A stretch of DNA of 64,000 nt, from IMG/VR virus record IMGVR_UViG_3300045988_080644; one strand, 5' to 3'. The translations under genes were made by a program, and so were the position numbers. The notes below the pieces were generated by a model. The model saw only the letters and a program-made list of their open reading frames with translations, did not search any database and was not told the origin of the DNA. This DNA comes from a virus. Within the stretch, counting starts at the first letter, position 1. Each line of letters starts with the position of its first letter. Of this stretch, positions 45,001-59,683 are shown piece by piece.

Positions 45001-48000
45001 TTACATATAAGGTACACGATAAAGAGGGTAAATCCTTTGAAATAACATAGGAATCTATTTAGAAATTGTATAAGGGAGAAGTCCCTACTGAACCTATAAC
45101 TCCATAGATTACTACCATAACTACTGGAATGGAAAATACTTCAGAAGAGGAATATGAATCTGCAATATCTCAATCTAATATAGAAGACACTGTTGAGACT
45201 CCTAAATCAGTAGGCACTCTATATACTATGAATACTTACTTACCAGGTATGAAAAATGACAATGGTAAAGCTGTATTTGATGATGATTCTCCAGAAAGTC
45301 AAGCTAGACATGATGCACGTATTGATGGATTTGTAGGTTTATCGAGAATACTAAAGACTGATGATTGGAAGGAGTTAGATGACTACTTTGCCTACTGTAG
45401 AAACGCTCTATTTACAAGTGAAAGGAATGCTGATGCAGCTAAATATTTAGCTAATATTTTAGGATTAACAGGTAATGTTAATATTAGATATGCCTTAAAA
45501 AGTTCTGCAGGTAGAATTAATTCTTCAGACCCTCGCTATTATAGATATGATTAGGGAGAAAATGAAAAATGCGAGTATTTACATTCTGATAGTAAGGATG
45601 CAAACGATGCTATGAGAAAAAAGGTGGTAGCCATCTTATTTAATGATGGAAAGCCAGTTCTTGAAATCCCAGTAGCATCTTTAAATTCACCTATTTCACT
45701 AATTTATTATACAGATGAAGAAGGCAATTTATTACATCCTGATTTAAATAAAGCTTATACAGATGCATTAATTAAGTATTAGGGTAACAAGAATTAGAGT
45801 GATTTAGCAGTATAGGAAGTAATTAATTAGTTTGATAAGAGTGGAACAGACTAGGATATAGTTGACTTATTTAAAGTGTATAGATTTACAGGAAATGGAA
45901 TATTCTTTTTTGATGAATCATTTAATCTGGCTGAATAGTCTCCTACAGGAATTATACTTACCGGAGAAAAAGGTAAGTTACAATAGAATGGTAGTTATTA
46001 GACTTCTAATAAATTTATAGATGTGTCAGAGTTAGCTAAGAACCCTTAGTTTAGGGTATCCAAAATATTGACATCTAGGGACGGTTTAGTTAATGGAACA
46101 CATGCTGTAAACCCAGGTCATTCTTTCATTCTAGTTGGTAATCCTAAGGAATTTGCAGGAACTACTGATTTAGTTAATTAGTATGAAAGACAAATAGCAG
46201 ACCCTAAGGCACCTAAAAAAGTATCTTTATATTATGTAATGCCTCCTAAGACTACAGTATCTGCTTGGCTTACTAATTAGCATAATTTATATTTAAATAC
46301 CTTGGGATAGAACAAATAGGTATATAATATAGGTAATGACTTCACAGGATATAGAGTATTAGACTGCTTAGATAAACAAGGTCTTTTAGATTCTATACCA
46401 TCTATAGGAAGTACTGCACAAGGCTATAAGTCGGGACAAGATGTATTAGATTCTATTAAAACAATACTCTCTAATGTTAGAGCTATAGAAAGTAAATGGA
46501 AAGGTGATTTAGCTTTAGATAACTCTAATCAGATAGAGGGTAGAGGTGAGGAAGAATACTATTAGATGCTAATTAACTAGGGAATGAAAGAACCTGATGC
46601 TAGACGAGTAATGTCTATCAAAGAAGTTAATTAGTATCTTAGACAACCTAGTTCATTATTATTTTAGGAAGGACGTACCAATAATTAGGTTCTTAATGCT
46701 TACTTAACTTGTATGGTTTGGAATAGGACTAAGGCTATCGGTTAGAAGGAAGTTATTACATATCACCCTGAAGTGCTTGATTAGATATAGTAGGCGTGTG
46801 AAAATGCAGAGGAACCTTTAAAAGACATATTCTATAAAACTCAATATACAGATAAAGCTCATGGTTCGTTCCTTGAAATATAGTAGAGAGCTAATTGGTA
46901 GCTAGAAGGCATAAACGGAGATGCAGCATTTAGAATTAATGCTCGTATCGACACAACTAATTTTACATCAGATGAACTTCCAATAGCTAGAATTGCTGGA
47001 GAAATAGAATAGAAAGCCATAAGAACTAAAGATGGCAGGGAAGTAAAAGTATGGAGTATGACTCCAGATGCTAAATAGAAATATGAGGCAGTTTATTTAG
47101 ACTAGAAAAAATTAGAAAATAAACCAGACCCTATTGATGAGTATGCTCCTTATATGCAAAAAATAGGAATATCTGAAAAAGAATTAGCTAACATAATAGC
47201 CTTAAACCATGGAGACAAATCTGCTATACAAAGAGATATAGCTAGGTGGTTTAATTCTTAGGATGTTCATAATTTTGGATTCACATATAATGGCAATATT
47301 TATTTATTTAATAATTCTGAATATTCATTAATTTCTAGACCTACAAGCTTAGCTACCACAGATAACTTAGTTTTAAAGGGAGTAGATAATAATGGAGAAC
47401 ATGATATAACAATCACCTTCAATGTAGATGGTAATGGTAATATTACATCTATGTAGGGTAATGTAACTACTTTTAAATAGGTAAGTGCTGGACGTTAGAT
47501 TCCTGATTATATGGAGAGTATGGAAGAGCAATTAAAGGATAAGAGGTCTTCGTGGGAATACTATAGGGATGATATTCAAAGGGAAGACCATGGAATAACT
47601 TATATAACAGGTATTCCCTATCAATCAACTATAGAACCTTCCATAAACTTAGCTGTTGATTCTGGTGTACTGCCTAAAAAGTATGCAAAGTATTTAAATA
47701 AAGATAGACCTGGCTCAATAGCCTTAGAGGACTTGCAAGAGATAATTGATATATTTAAGAAAAAAGGTATTAATAGTCCTACGAATTTGCTATCTTATAT
47801 TAAAAATGATGGAATTACTGTATCTAAGGAAGAATGGGAAGAAGCTTAGAATGGTATTAGGGATTCTATACCTCCACTATTAGCTAGAAATAGTGTCTTT
47901 TTAAGAGAGTATGACAAATCTATTTCAGCTCAAGGTAAACGAGATCTAAAACGTAGTTTAGGGACTGCGAAAAAATTCCTATCCACAGTTAAAAAGAAAG

Positions 48001-48251
48001 GAGACAAGGTTAAAGAAGAAGCTTGGGAAAAAGTGATTTCTATAGTAGAATCAATAACGTCTTCATCTACCCCTACTATATCATTAGAAAATGAAGATAC
48101 TGTTATTTAGAATGGTAAAAGATATACAATAATTGATAAAGAAAACTTAATTGGAGAAGATGAGGTTACTAAAGAATAGGTAACTTTAACTACAGATAAT
48201 TTAATTAAAGAGGAAACTTAGTGTATTCCTGTTAAATTTAATATGATTTAA
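39006..48251 (+). CDS. giant virion protein (3081 aa) with embedded SF1-helicase-like P-loop NTPase domain
   Basis: TAATG-coupled ATG 39006. Track fragments 40635, 42336, 45129 and 47511 share frame 0. I read 39006-40700 and 47850-48251 and found only TAG in frame. The gene ends at TAA 48249-48251. Walker A GIAGSGKS (43392-43415), Walker B VIFIDE (about 43720), TAGDFDQ, and ...YTGITRASQGVLAI. Confidence 0.7.
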
Positions 48252-48252
48252 A

Positions 48253-51200
48253 ATGGCAAAATGTTCACTTAAAAAATCACCTAATGGAGCGTTTGGTGGT
48301 TACAGTTAGGAATCTATAGAAGAATTAGAAGACTTTGTAACCACGGCTTTTAATGAAGCTCTTATGAATGCTGGAGATGGATCAAACGGAGGTTTAATTA
48401 AAAAAGCAGTTCGAGATGCATTACATAAAATTGGTGATTAGTATTCTATGAATTAGTTAGATAAAATAGCAGAAATTACATAGAAGTTAATTGATAATTC
48501 AGAAGATTTAGTATTTTTGAATGAGTACATACCAATAGAGGGTATAAAGAATGCAATAAATCCTAAATATAGATAGACTGTAAAAGAATCAAACTCTTCT
48601 CTGGGAGAACCAGAGGAGGGTGAGACTCTTGCCAAGAAGTCTCAATTCTTAGATGATGTATGGGGCACTAATGTACGATTAAAGAACGCCTATAAACAAG
48701 AAGTAACTAATTAGTTAATTAATAAGTTTATTATAGATAGAGAGCATGGTGTAATTGTAAAAAATGCCGGGGACGCTAACCGAAATATTCGGGACTATAA
48801 GAATAAATTATGGGGAGATATTAAAGAGTATTTAATTGGAAAAGGCTCATTAGATGAGTTTACTCCAGATATTTATGAAGATGGAGAATATACTGGCGTC
48901 TTTGAAGATGAAGAGGTCAGAAAAGCAATAAGAATTTTTGGTTCTTGGGATGCTCAGAAGATACAATCTGATAGAGATACTGATGATTATAAAATATTTA
49001 AGAAATGGTTTACTCTAAAGAACTTTGACAACTTTACTAGAATGTTGCTAGGTAAAGCTATTATTATTAAACCCGGAACTGAAAATACATTTAGTAATGA
49101 AGATAATTACTCCTTTGCTACCAAAAATGATGCGGTAATAACAAGCTGGAGAACTAATGAAGATGTTGTACTAGAATAGGAAATTGGAGCATTAGCACAA
49201 TCCTTAATTAATTCTACACCATATTATTAGTATAGAAATGATGCAGAAACAGGCTAGTATATAAAGTTCTCTGATTTCTATTAGATTATAACTAAATTAA
49301 AGGAGTCTGTTTATAATCCTGTAACTTCTGATATTACATTTAGGAGATTAGATAATAGATATTAGAATTTATTTAATTCAGGTTTACTTACTCAGCATGA
49401 ATTAGATCTTATACAAGGTAAATCTTTAAAAGATTTAATATGTAGTATTAGAGAAAATCCTGCATTATATAGTAAACTATTATTTACAGCTATAATTAAT
49501 GATAAAGATACCCTAGTGAGATTAAATTTCACAGATGAAGATTTAAATAAAATGTACTCTTTATATAAGGGTATATTTGCTCCTAAGGATAAGTCTATTC
49601 AGGCTATTTAGGCTAAAGAAGATTATAGAGCTTAGAACTACTATAACTTAATAACTTAGGTAGTTGATTCTATCAATTCTGTAAAATTCCTATAGTATAA
49701 TATTGAAGATGGAGTAGTAAAAACAAGACTCTTAAAAGATTATTCTGCTGAAAACGTAAGAAGATCTATAGAGAATAATATAGCATATACTAATTCTTCT
49801 CATATTTTATCTTCTTTATTTAAAGAAAGAGAAGTTAAATTATATAATATATAGACATTAGCTGATAAGGCTAACACTTTCTCAGGAATTACATGTACTA
49901 TTCCTGACATTGGTATAATTGTAGAGGTCAATGAATTGGGAAATTACATTTCTTACAAAGATGAGTTTGGCAAGCTTTTAAGTTCAGAGGAAATAGAAAG
50001 GTTAATCGATAATCCGAAAGTAGAATCTCTATGGCAATTTATTGATGATAACTTATCTATTGGAGTTTCTTATGATACAGATTTGAGAAAAGCACTTAAA
50101 ATGTACTCGGTGGGTCATACTATATAGGATTTATTAAAATTAACTTCTACAGTACTTCTTAATAAATATATAGCTAATGTAAAAGGAGAAAGAAGTCATG
50201 GTAAAGCTGCATTAAATGACTTATTTGATAATATATATAAGGGCTATCCCAATAAACCTAAATATAATTCTGAATTAATGGAAATGGGATTATATAGCGA
50301 TGCTATGACTCCTATTCTTGATAATATATCTAAAGCTAAAGCACTCACTTCTGGTATTATGTAGTCTGCTTCAGTTAAAGATGCTGATGGTAAAACCCTA
50401 TCTCAATAGACTCTTAGTCGTTTATTAGGTAACTTAATTCCTTAGTATAATTGGATTAAATCTTACAATTGGGTAGGTAATGATAAGGTTAATCCATTCT
50501 CTAAGATGTCCCTTATGTAGCCTGGTGTATTTAGAGGTATATATACTACAAGAGAGGTTAAGTCTCCTTATGGAAATAAACCTCAAACATAGTTTACAGT
50601 ATCTGAGTTTAGTTAGAGTGCCTTTCTATATGATTTCGTTGATGGTTTTACTACTAAAAAGGATGTTCGAGGAGATGTAGTTATTGGTAATGGAAAAGTA
50701 GGATTACTACCATCTGTAAACTCTGATAAAAATACTATTAACAGAATGTGTGTAGATTTGATGTAGAAAGTTGATTCTAAGCATCCGGAACTTAATGGTA
50801 AACAATTTATAGACCTTGATTCTAAAGAATTACAAACATTAACTAGTGAACAACTTGGACACTATTTCAAAGCAGTTAATTAGAATATACAAAAAGATTT
50901 TGATAAGTTATTTAATTGGATAAACGGTAAGTATCATTTAGCTATATATAGTTTAGAAGACATTAATAGTCGTTATAGTAATCCTGCTGATTAGTTATAT
51001 CAATGGGTAAAAGAGTACAATGACACCCACAATAATGTTATATAGTTAATTGATTAGACTCACTATTCTATTGATAAAAAAACTAAGAGACTTAAATCCA
51101 ATATGCTTTTAAAAGGATTAGAGACTAGATTTTCTGACCCTAGTAAGCTAGCTAAATTTATGCAGTGGAAGGAGACAGAAGTTTTAAAATCCTTATTAGA

Positions 51201-54200
51201 TGAAAATGTAGAAATTCGTCTTATTGACGGTACCAACTCTTCTGCTAAGACCTATTTAAAAGACAATTATAAAGATTGGATTCATAATGGTAAAATGGTA
51301 TTTGCTAAGGTTAACGGTAAGGATATATTAACTAAATAGGACTTAATTAATTTAGGACTAGATATTAATGATCCACATTCTTGGAATATAGAATTACATC
51401 CTATGCTTAGTAAGTATAATGCGTTAGACTATTTCTTTACTTCTCAATATATGTATGCAGGAGTAGGATGTCATACTAATCATCCTTCTAAGGCAGATTA
51501 TAATGTCCCTATTATTTATAAGCATCCAAAATTAGGTTTATCTACATTCTTATAGAATAATCCTCAAGCTGCAAACTATCTCATGGATTTTGATGACTTC
51601 TTTAATGAAAAAAGAGATGCATTTATTGAAGCCCAAACTCATGTAGAAAAATCTATCCCATTCTCTGATGATGAAGGCTATGTTTACTATGACACTAATC
51701 CAGAATGGACAAAAGCTAAAGAAAATTATTTAATATAGAATTAGAATAATCCAGAATTTTAGGATTTTGTAAAGAAAGCATGGAATGAAGCTAAACTTAT
51801 AGCTAAGGAATAGAATAAAATTTTATTAAATTCTAGTTCTATTGTATTAAAGATGTTCCCACAGGACTTTAGTAAAGTATTAACCATGTCCTAGGAAGAA
51901 GCAGTAGCACGTGGTATGGATCCAGATTGGAAAAATACAATTGATACTGCTTTAAATGGTTTAATAGTACCTAAAATAGAATTCAAATCAGGTGAATATT
52001 TTGACAAAGCATTTAGCTCTTATTTAACTAAAGAAATGGATAAACTTCTTCAAAATGAAACTGAAGATGAAGCATCTCGTTTTGCAGCATAGCATAAGAG
52101 AAATGTATCTTATACCGCAGCCATGCATGAGTTTCAATTAAATCAAATAGATGGCGTGCCTTCTGTCTATAATATGGCAATTATGTCAGATTTGAAGTCT
52201 GATGTGTATACAGTATAGGCAGATGTGGATAAAGCTACTAATTTTGATGGTGCTACCTTTGTAAATCCATTTATAGTTATTTGGGAGAACAACTCCCTTA
52301 ATGGAGATAAAGCAGGTATAAATAAAAAGCAATTTGTACACTTTTATGATAGAGCCACTGGTACAGGAGGTATTATTAAAACTGCAGGATTTGGTTTAAC
52401 TAATGACAAAATAAGACAGTTTGACTTCTACCGTAATATGATGTATAATATGACCGGTAAGAAATGGAAAAATGCTGATGGTTCTCAATATATTATGCGT
52501 GATGGGGGTATTCTTAAAGACTTTGAAGACAACGACATTGACTATGGTGATTTCTACTATAGAAAAGGGGCTAAATTTTATAAGAGACGTATTTAGTCCT
52601 ATGATGGAAATAACACTTATTCTATATTAGAGCAAGAAGTTGATGAAAATGGAGAAGCAAAGGGTAATGAGAATACTATTCAAGTATAGGTAAATTCTAA
52701 CTATGATGTGTGGCAAATGTTTGGAGGTATGAATTCTGTAGACTTCTTAGATGGAACTCTTCAAGGTTCTGAAAAGTCTATAGAAATGACTGCACATGCT
52801 GCCAATATTTATGGAACTAAAAAAGAGGGTGTTATCAGAGCGCAGACAGCAGATGACATTATCTAGCCTATGAAGCATTCTGATATACATTATATGCCTA
52901 CTATAGGTGCTGTTAAACACGGTGCTGCAAACATAAATCCAGTCTCTTCTTTCTTTAGTAGAAATGGTCTAAGTTTTATGTAGGTAGAAGTGAGATAGGC
53001 TGGTATTTAGCTTGATAAGGAACATCAAGCTGATAATGAAGACTTGTCTCTTATGACTTAGGTTATTTCAGCTGCTTGTTCTATGGGATACACTAAGGGA
53101 GAGGCTACTAATCTATATAATGCTTTATATAGTCTATCTAAATAGGCTACTAAGGCATTTAGAGACGAAATGGGAGACCTATTAAATGGATTCTCTGATA
53201 GCTTTAATGCTGCGGTAACAGAAACTATTATGAAGTCTTTGATTAATGCTTCAGCTACAGACGGTGATATGCTATAGTTAGTAGCAAAGAATATTATAAA
53301 GAAAATAAATGCTGAAAAATAGTTTTCTATCAATAAAACTAACTACGCTGACATTGATAAAGAAATTCCTTATAGTGATGCTGCTGTTTCTGCTAAGGTA
53401 GTTAGTTCTTTAACCGCTGCATTAACTAAAGCTGGAATTAAAACTAAAATGCCTGGTCTTTTAGCAGTATTAAATCCAGCTGAAGGTATTATAAAAATGT
53501 ATAAAGTGCCAGCCAAAGACAAAGATGGCAATATTCTATTAAATGAAGATGGTTCTACTGTATATAAATATGTAACTATGGATGCCATAGAAAAAGAGTA
53601 TGATACAGAGAATGCTTTTGAAATAATGGAATAGTTACAAGCAGAAACAGGACCACTTAGTTATAATACTGATGAAACTGGATTAATAACTAGTATGCCT
53701 GATGTCAAAATAGGACGTAAATACTTAGTTACTTTCTCAGATGGGGTCAACAAATCTACTAAGGTTGTAAATGTGACATTACCTCATAGAGTGGAGTCTG
53801 ATACTAGTACTGTATTTTATAATAATGTTCCATATCAAGAATAGACTATGGGATATAGAAAACTTATAGACTATTTAAATGGAATAGTTAATGAGGAAAC
53901 TGGAGTTACTAACCAAATTACAGAAGTTAAGGAGTTTTTAATAGGAGGTCAGGACTTAGATAGTTATGATGTAAAATTTTAGGATTCTTTAGGTAATAGA
54001 TGGCAAATGTCTGATTTAGATATTGTACAAGATTATTTTGAAGCAAGAGAATCTAAAGACCCCAGAAGAAAAGTATTAGAAATATTATCTAAGTATGATA
54101 AAGACTAGGAATTAAAAGCTGCTATAATTAAGGAATTTAATGAGTCTAATAATTCAAATAAAGTTAAGATTGTCAATGATTTAAATGATAATTTTAATGG

Positions 54201-57200
54201 AATTTTCTTAACTGAAACTCCTATGTATAAAGAGTTCTTTTAGAAGTATGCATTAAAATTCTTAAATAGAGAAATGCAACGACAGTTGACCGCTTTAAAT
54301 CCTGAAAATACAGAGCCTTTAAATGTATTAATTAATAATAAAGTAGTTACTGTATAGCCTTCTACTATTGATATAACTAGTTATGGAACAGTAATACCTA
54401 AGACAGCTGCTTCCTCTTTTGGTCTTAATTAGTATGACTAGGTTAGTGATATTGTTAACAATCCTGATTTCTTCTTAGATAGATTAGCTAAGAGACTTAA
54501 TACTAAAGTTTAGGATTATTATAAGGATGGATAGTTAGTATATAATTACCACTTGGAGCTAAAAAGAAATGATGGTAATCATGTTTATATAAGAAGAGGG
54601 ATTGATAATTCTGACTTCGCCAATGAAATTTAGTGGTTTAGGTATGTTGATTCTGATGGACATGTATTTAGAGTAAACAGTGATGGAAATATTATGCATC
54701 CAATGTATAGTGAGAATGATAAAATATATACTGACTATGATGGAAATGAAATAATAGTTACTGAAGCTAAAGATACTTGGAAAGATTCTAAAGGCAATGA
54801 AGTAAAGAATCCTGATATAAAGAAAATTCGAGGCATCACCATTGATTAGAAGACTGGAGAAGAAATCCATTTAGATTCTCCATTTACCTTTTACTTAGAT
54901 AACCTTAATTATAACTTTGTAAATTTAAATGCAAATTGCTCAGAAGCTGAACTATTAAATTTATTAGATGCAGCCAGAAGTAGCAAATCTAAAAAGGCTA
55001 ATAATTTTGTAAAGAGACTTGCTAAAATAGGTAATTATGATAAATAGGTGGACTATTTAGATAAACTTACTAAGTATGAAGATTTAATAAAAGGAGATAC
55101 TAAAAATCCAGCATATTTAGCCTTACAAAAGGAATCTAGATAGATATGGACTTCTTTTATGAAATATCTTGAAAATGTAGCAGCACGTATCCCTGCTTAG
55201 TCTTAGTAGTCTTTCATGGCTCAAAGAGTAGCTATGTTTGAGAATACAGATACAAATAATGCTTATGTAAGTAAATTCTAGTTCTTCTTACAGGGAAGTG
55301 ACTTGGATATTGATGCGGTATCTATACAAACATTTGATATAAATAGCAACGGTATTTATGAAACTTATTCTCCGTATGCTAATCTGGATTCACCAGCACT
55401 TCTTAAAGTTTCTGAAAAATACTTACCGTTCCCAACTGGAGATAGGATAAAAGTTGAAGAAATTCATGATCCAACTATAACTACTATGCACTAGTTAATA
55501 GCTAAATAGCATTATGATGGTAAAAGATTATTTGGATTAGCTAATAAACTTAATTAGTAGGATGCTTTATTCTTAATAAACTATACTAGAAATAAGGATG
55601 TAATCGTAGAGGTAAATACTAACAGTGAATAGAATATAAAAGATTTAGCTGATATTCTTGAGTCTATTAATTCAGAGGATTGGTATTCTTACGAAGATGA
55701 TATATCTAATACTAGAGCCTTAACAACTTTATTATTTCCAGATAATGAAATGGTATTGGATGTAGATTTATATGATAAAATAGAAAATGGTATAATTGAG
55801 GCTATAGATAAACATAATACTTATTTAAAGAATAATTCTAAAGCTAAGAACGATAGAATATTAAAGAATTTTGCTGTAACTTCACTATTAAATATTATTA
55901 AAAATCCAGTTAATCTTAGAGAGGCTTAGTCTTCTGTAGATGTTATGACATCAACTGCTAAGAACTTAACTAAGGCTTCTCCTAAAAATGCAGTACAAAA
56001 AACCTTTACTCCAGGTAATGTATTTAATAAAATCTAGAGTATCAATGAGAATATGGTTGGTAAAGATGGTATTGCTATCTGTGCGACAGGTCTTAAATCT
56101 TTCTTTGCATTAACTCATATGTATAATACAGTATTAAATGATGAAAACACTAGTAATTAGGAAAAAGAAGCTTTAATGTGTAAGGTAACAATTGGAGGTA
56201 AAACATATAGAGGACTCGCTAACGTAAATGCTAATTAGGAGTTAATAGAAAGTTTAGCAGATGCCGAGAATGGTAATTTTACTACTTTACAGAATTACTT
56301 ATTAGCTCAAGAATGGGAATCTGATGCTGCTAATGAAGCTTCTGCTTTTCTGTCTCTTTCAACTGATAATGCTAAGGAGTTAGCTTTAGCTAAATTAAAT
56401 GCAGGTACTCAGACTTTGGGTATGTATTTATATGGGTTATCTCTTGGAGTTCCAGTAGACACTTTGTTTAAAATAATGACTTCTCCATTTGCTTTTAGAT
56501 TAGTAGAATTAGCAAAAGGTGATACATTTAGTGGTAATAGTGGTTGTGGAACTATAATTGGTACTCTAGACTACTTACATAAAGACCCACTAGAATAGCT
56601 TTCTAGATTTAATACATTTGATTTATCTACATATAACGAAGGTAAACCAAAAGATTAGAAAATATTAGGTCCAGCTGATTTTGCTTGGTAGTTATTGTAG
56701 AATAGTATAGCAGATGATTATAATGAAAAATTACCACTTCTTAGATAGTTAGCTTATAAAGGTAATGCTATTTAGTTAATTGAAGATTTAAGGTCTAAAG
56801 TTAATTAGATTAGTAGTGTTATCTAGACAAAAGATGAATTTAATCTCTATTCAACCTTATATAATCAAGCACTAGACTTTATGGAATAGTATATTGCTGA
56901 TGTCTAGCTAGAGTTAGATAGTGGAAGTTACGATACTGTATACGGAAAATCCATAATAGCTACAGACTTAGAAACTCTTGCTCTTGGTGCTGATGAATAT
57001 AAAGAAATAGGTAAAATTCTTAGACTTAATCAAGAAGTAAAGACTAATGCTTTAGATTTACAAAACTAGGTAGCTAATATTGAAGAAGTTATAACTAGAA
57101 GACTCAGACAATTAGCTAGAGTTGAAAATAGGGGAAGCTACTATAGTCATGGTGCCACAAAAGATGAGTTAAAAAATCCTGATAAATATAAGATTGATTT

Positions 57201-58635
57201 AGAAAAGTTTTTATATGATGAAGTATACTAGTAGGAAAAAATAGCGTAGTATGATAGAATTAAACAATCTTATAATGTTTTACGTGTTCTTACTACAGAT
57301 CCTTAGTATAAAGGTTATATGGAAACCTTATATATGGCTCATCAAGGTCTGTTAAATAAGTAGTTAAAGTATAGATTTACAGTAGGTAAAATTGCAGATT
57401 TTATTTAGAAAAATAAAGTTACTGGTAATTTATAGTAGTAGGTACTTAAAAATGGTAACAATTATGTTGACTATAAACTAAGACAAAATTGGATGCGAGA
57501 TAGTAAAATACAGATTACTATTCCTGGCAGTACCGATAAAATGAAAACTTATGCGTTTATAGGAACCCCAAATAGTTATAGTTAGTTATACTTTGATAAA
57601 ACTATACAACTGGGCACTGATATGGGAGATGCTAATTTTAAATTATGGATGGAGCAAACTCTTATTCCTAGACTTAAAGCGGACCCAACATTAAAAGATA
57701 ATATATTTATATAGCATTTAAGTCCTATAGTTAACTCAAGAACTAATTTGGGTATGACTGCGGTTTATTATGGATTAAATGGAATAAACATGTTGCCTTA
57801 GTCTGACGCTGAAAGAGAAATGTTTGATATACATAAAGACGCTTTTAATAAATTAGCAACCTATGACTTGATTAGGGACGCTAAAGGTCATACTTTTGCC
57901 ATAAAAGACTTATTTTATCTATATTCTTTAATATGTAATAACGGTAAATTTGGTCCTACTTCTCTACATAAAATATTTGAGGATTATCTAGATTCAGGTC
58001 TAGCCTAGAGTTATAAACACTTTATAGCAGAAAAAGATAGAGACTTAGATTTCTACCAGGATTTAGTAAAGACATGTACAGATGAATGGCTTGCACCTAT
58101 GAGTTCTCCTTATGTTGGAGGTTCTAAAGTACTCAAATATAAGGATTAGAACAATGAATAGATTCTACTTTATAAAAAGAAGGAAAAGAAGTCAAAAGGT
58201 GGATATGACTATGATGTCGAGTAGGATATGGATGACATCTTTATGAATGATATGGGATTTGATCCAGAAGGTGGAAAAGACCCTATGGCAGAAATCAACA
58301 ACTATGTTAAATAGGAATCTAGTGCCCTAGCTAAAAGAGACTATAGTTTCTTCTCAAATCCTGAAGTTAAATATAATACATCAGGTTTTCAAGTATTATC
58401 AACTAAATCAGAACTAATTAATTAGCATCCTATAACCTACGAAGTTAGAGATGGTAAACCTGTATTAGTAAATATAGGGGGTGATGGGGAGATTGCAAAA
58501 AAGTTTATGAAATTAATGAAAGATCGTAAGGGAATATTACCTACTAAGTAGATTCTTGGAACAGATGGATTTACTGCAGTAATTAATGAAGAATAGATTG
58601 AATCAGAATTAAATAGTATAATAAATTGTGGATAA
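48253..58635 (+). CDS. giant virion RNA polymerase-like protein (3460 aa), crAss/YonO-type double-psi beta-barrel
   Basis: ATG 48253; track fragments 49936, 51103, 52225, 53449, 55303, 56416 and 57820 share frame 1. I read 50128-51102 and found only TAG in frame. The gene ends at TAA 58633-58635. AARIPAQSQQSFMAQRV-(about 25 aa)-GSDLDIDAV places DxDxD at 55300-55314, with the same R-to-Asp spacing as RAPTLH...NADFDGD of RNAP beta-prime. Confidence 0.7.
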
Positions 58636-59683
58636 TTGTTTAATTAAAGATTTAGAATATCGGACTAAGCTATCTTAGTCTGGTATTCCTGAATCTATAT
58701 TTTATCCATTTTGCAATGGATTTATGAATAAGTATGGGAGATTACCTAATCTAGATGAAATTCCAAATGTTGATTCTTCTCAACATATAATTAATAAACT
58801 GCATCTAGATAGTAATAGCTCAACATCTATAGATAATATCATGTCTTCTACTAATACATCAAGTATTGAAGAAGCTAATGTTAGTTTAAATGATACCTAT
58901 AAAGATAAAGATATAAATATAATTCCTTTATATAAAGAAGCTTTAGTTGACATAAAAGATAGACCTTCCGAATATAAAACAATAGAATAGGAAAAACATA
59001 AAGTAGATAGAAATCCTAATATGCAGGGAGTATTTAATTAGTTATTTAATAAGTTAGAGAAATAGTATGGAGTACAATTACATACTATTTCAGATAAAGA
59101 ACTGGCTAGTGATGAATGGTAGGGAATACCTGAAATTTAGACAGCTAATGCTTTTATTTATAATGGAGATGTATATATAAATACAGACCATGCAAAAGCC
59201 GATGCTCCTATACATGAAATGACTCATATGTTATTAGGTTCTATTAGATTTAAAAATCCTGATCTTTATTATGGAATTGTACAACAAGCCTAGGATTTTC
59301 TAACATTTAATTAGTTTATAGAACAAAACCCAAATAGAGCTATAAATGATAATATGGAAGAATTATTTGTTACAGAAATGTCTAAATATCTAGCAGGGGA
59401 ATCTAGCATTATTGAATAGTTAGATGAAACCGTTATTAATGAGTTACATTATAACATGAAGAGACTATTAGATACTGCACTTATGGGTTAGTATAGTGTA
59501 AAAAGTATTCCTGATTCTAAGTTATATAGAATGTCTTTAGCTGATTTAGTAGAAACTGTAAATTCCCAGATGTTAGAAACAAGTTTTTATGGAAGCCTAG
59601 ATGACGCTGCTTTGCATAGAGTATTAGCTAATACTAAGTCAGATTTAATGAAAAAAGGTGATTTAAGAGAAGATTGTGTATGA
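58628..59683 (+). CDS. HExxH-motif protein (351 aa), possible Zn-metallopeptidase
   Basis: Frame 2 opens after TAA 58622-58624. GTG 58628 is the first plausible start (ATG 58724 is the alternative). APIHEMTHMLLG lies at 59213-59227. TGA 59681-59683 overlaps the next ATG. Confidence 0.6.

Noticed and set aside
50480-50680. Plus-strand track ORF of 66 aa (MIRLIHSLRCPLCS...).
   Set aside because: It is out of frame within the RNAP gene, whose frame 1 I read continuously across 50128-51102 with only TAG interruptions. The product is Leu/Ser-rich with no motif.
5541-59683. TGA reassignment (table 4, TGA=Trp), which also occurs in some gut phages.
   Set aside because: TGA is used as the terminal codon of several genes, directly coupled to the next start (5541-5543, 21486-21488, 37136-37138, 59681-59683) or before gaps (10832-10834, 16801-16803, 29628-29630). 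I saw no in-frame TGA in the frames I read.
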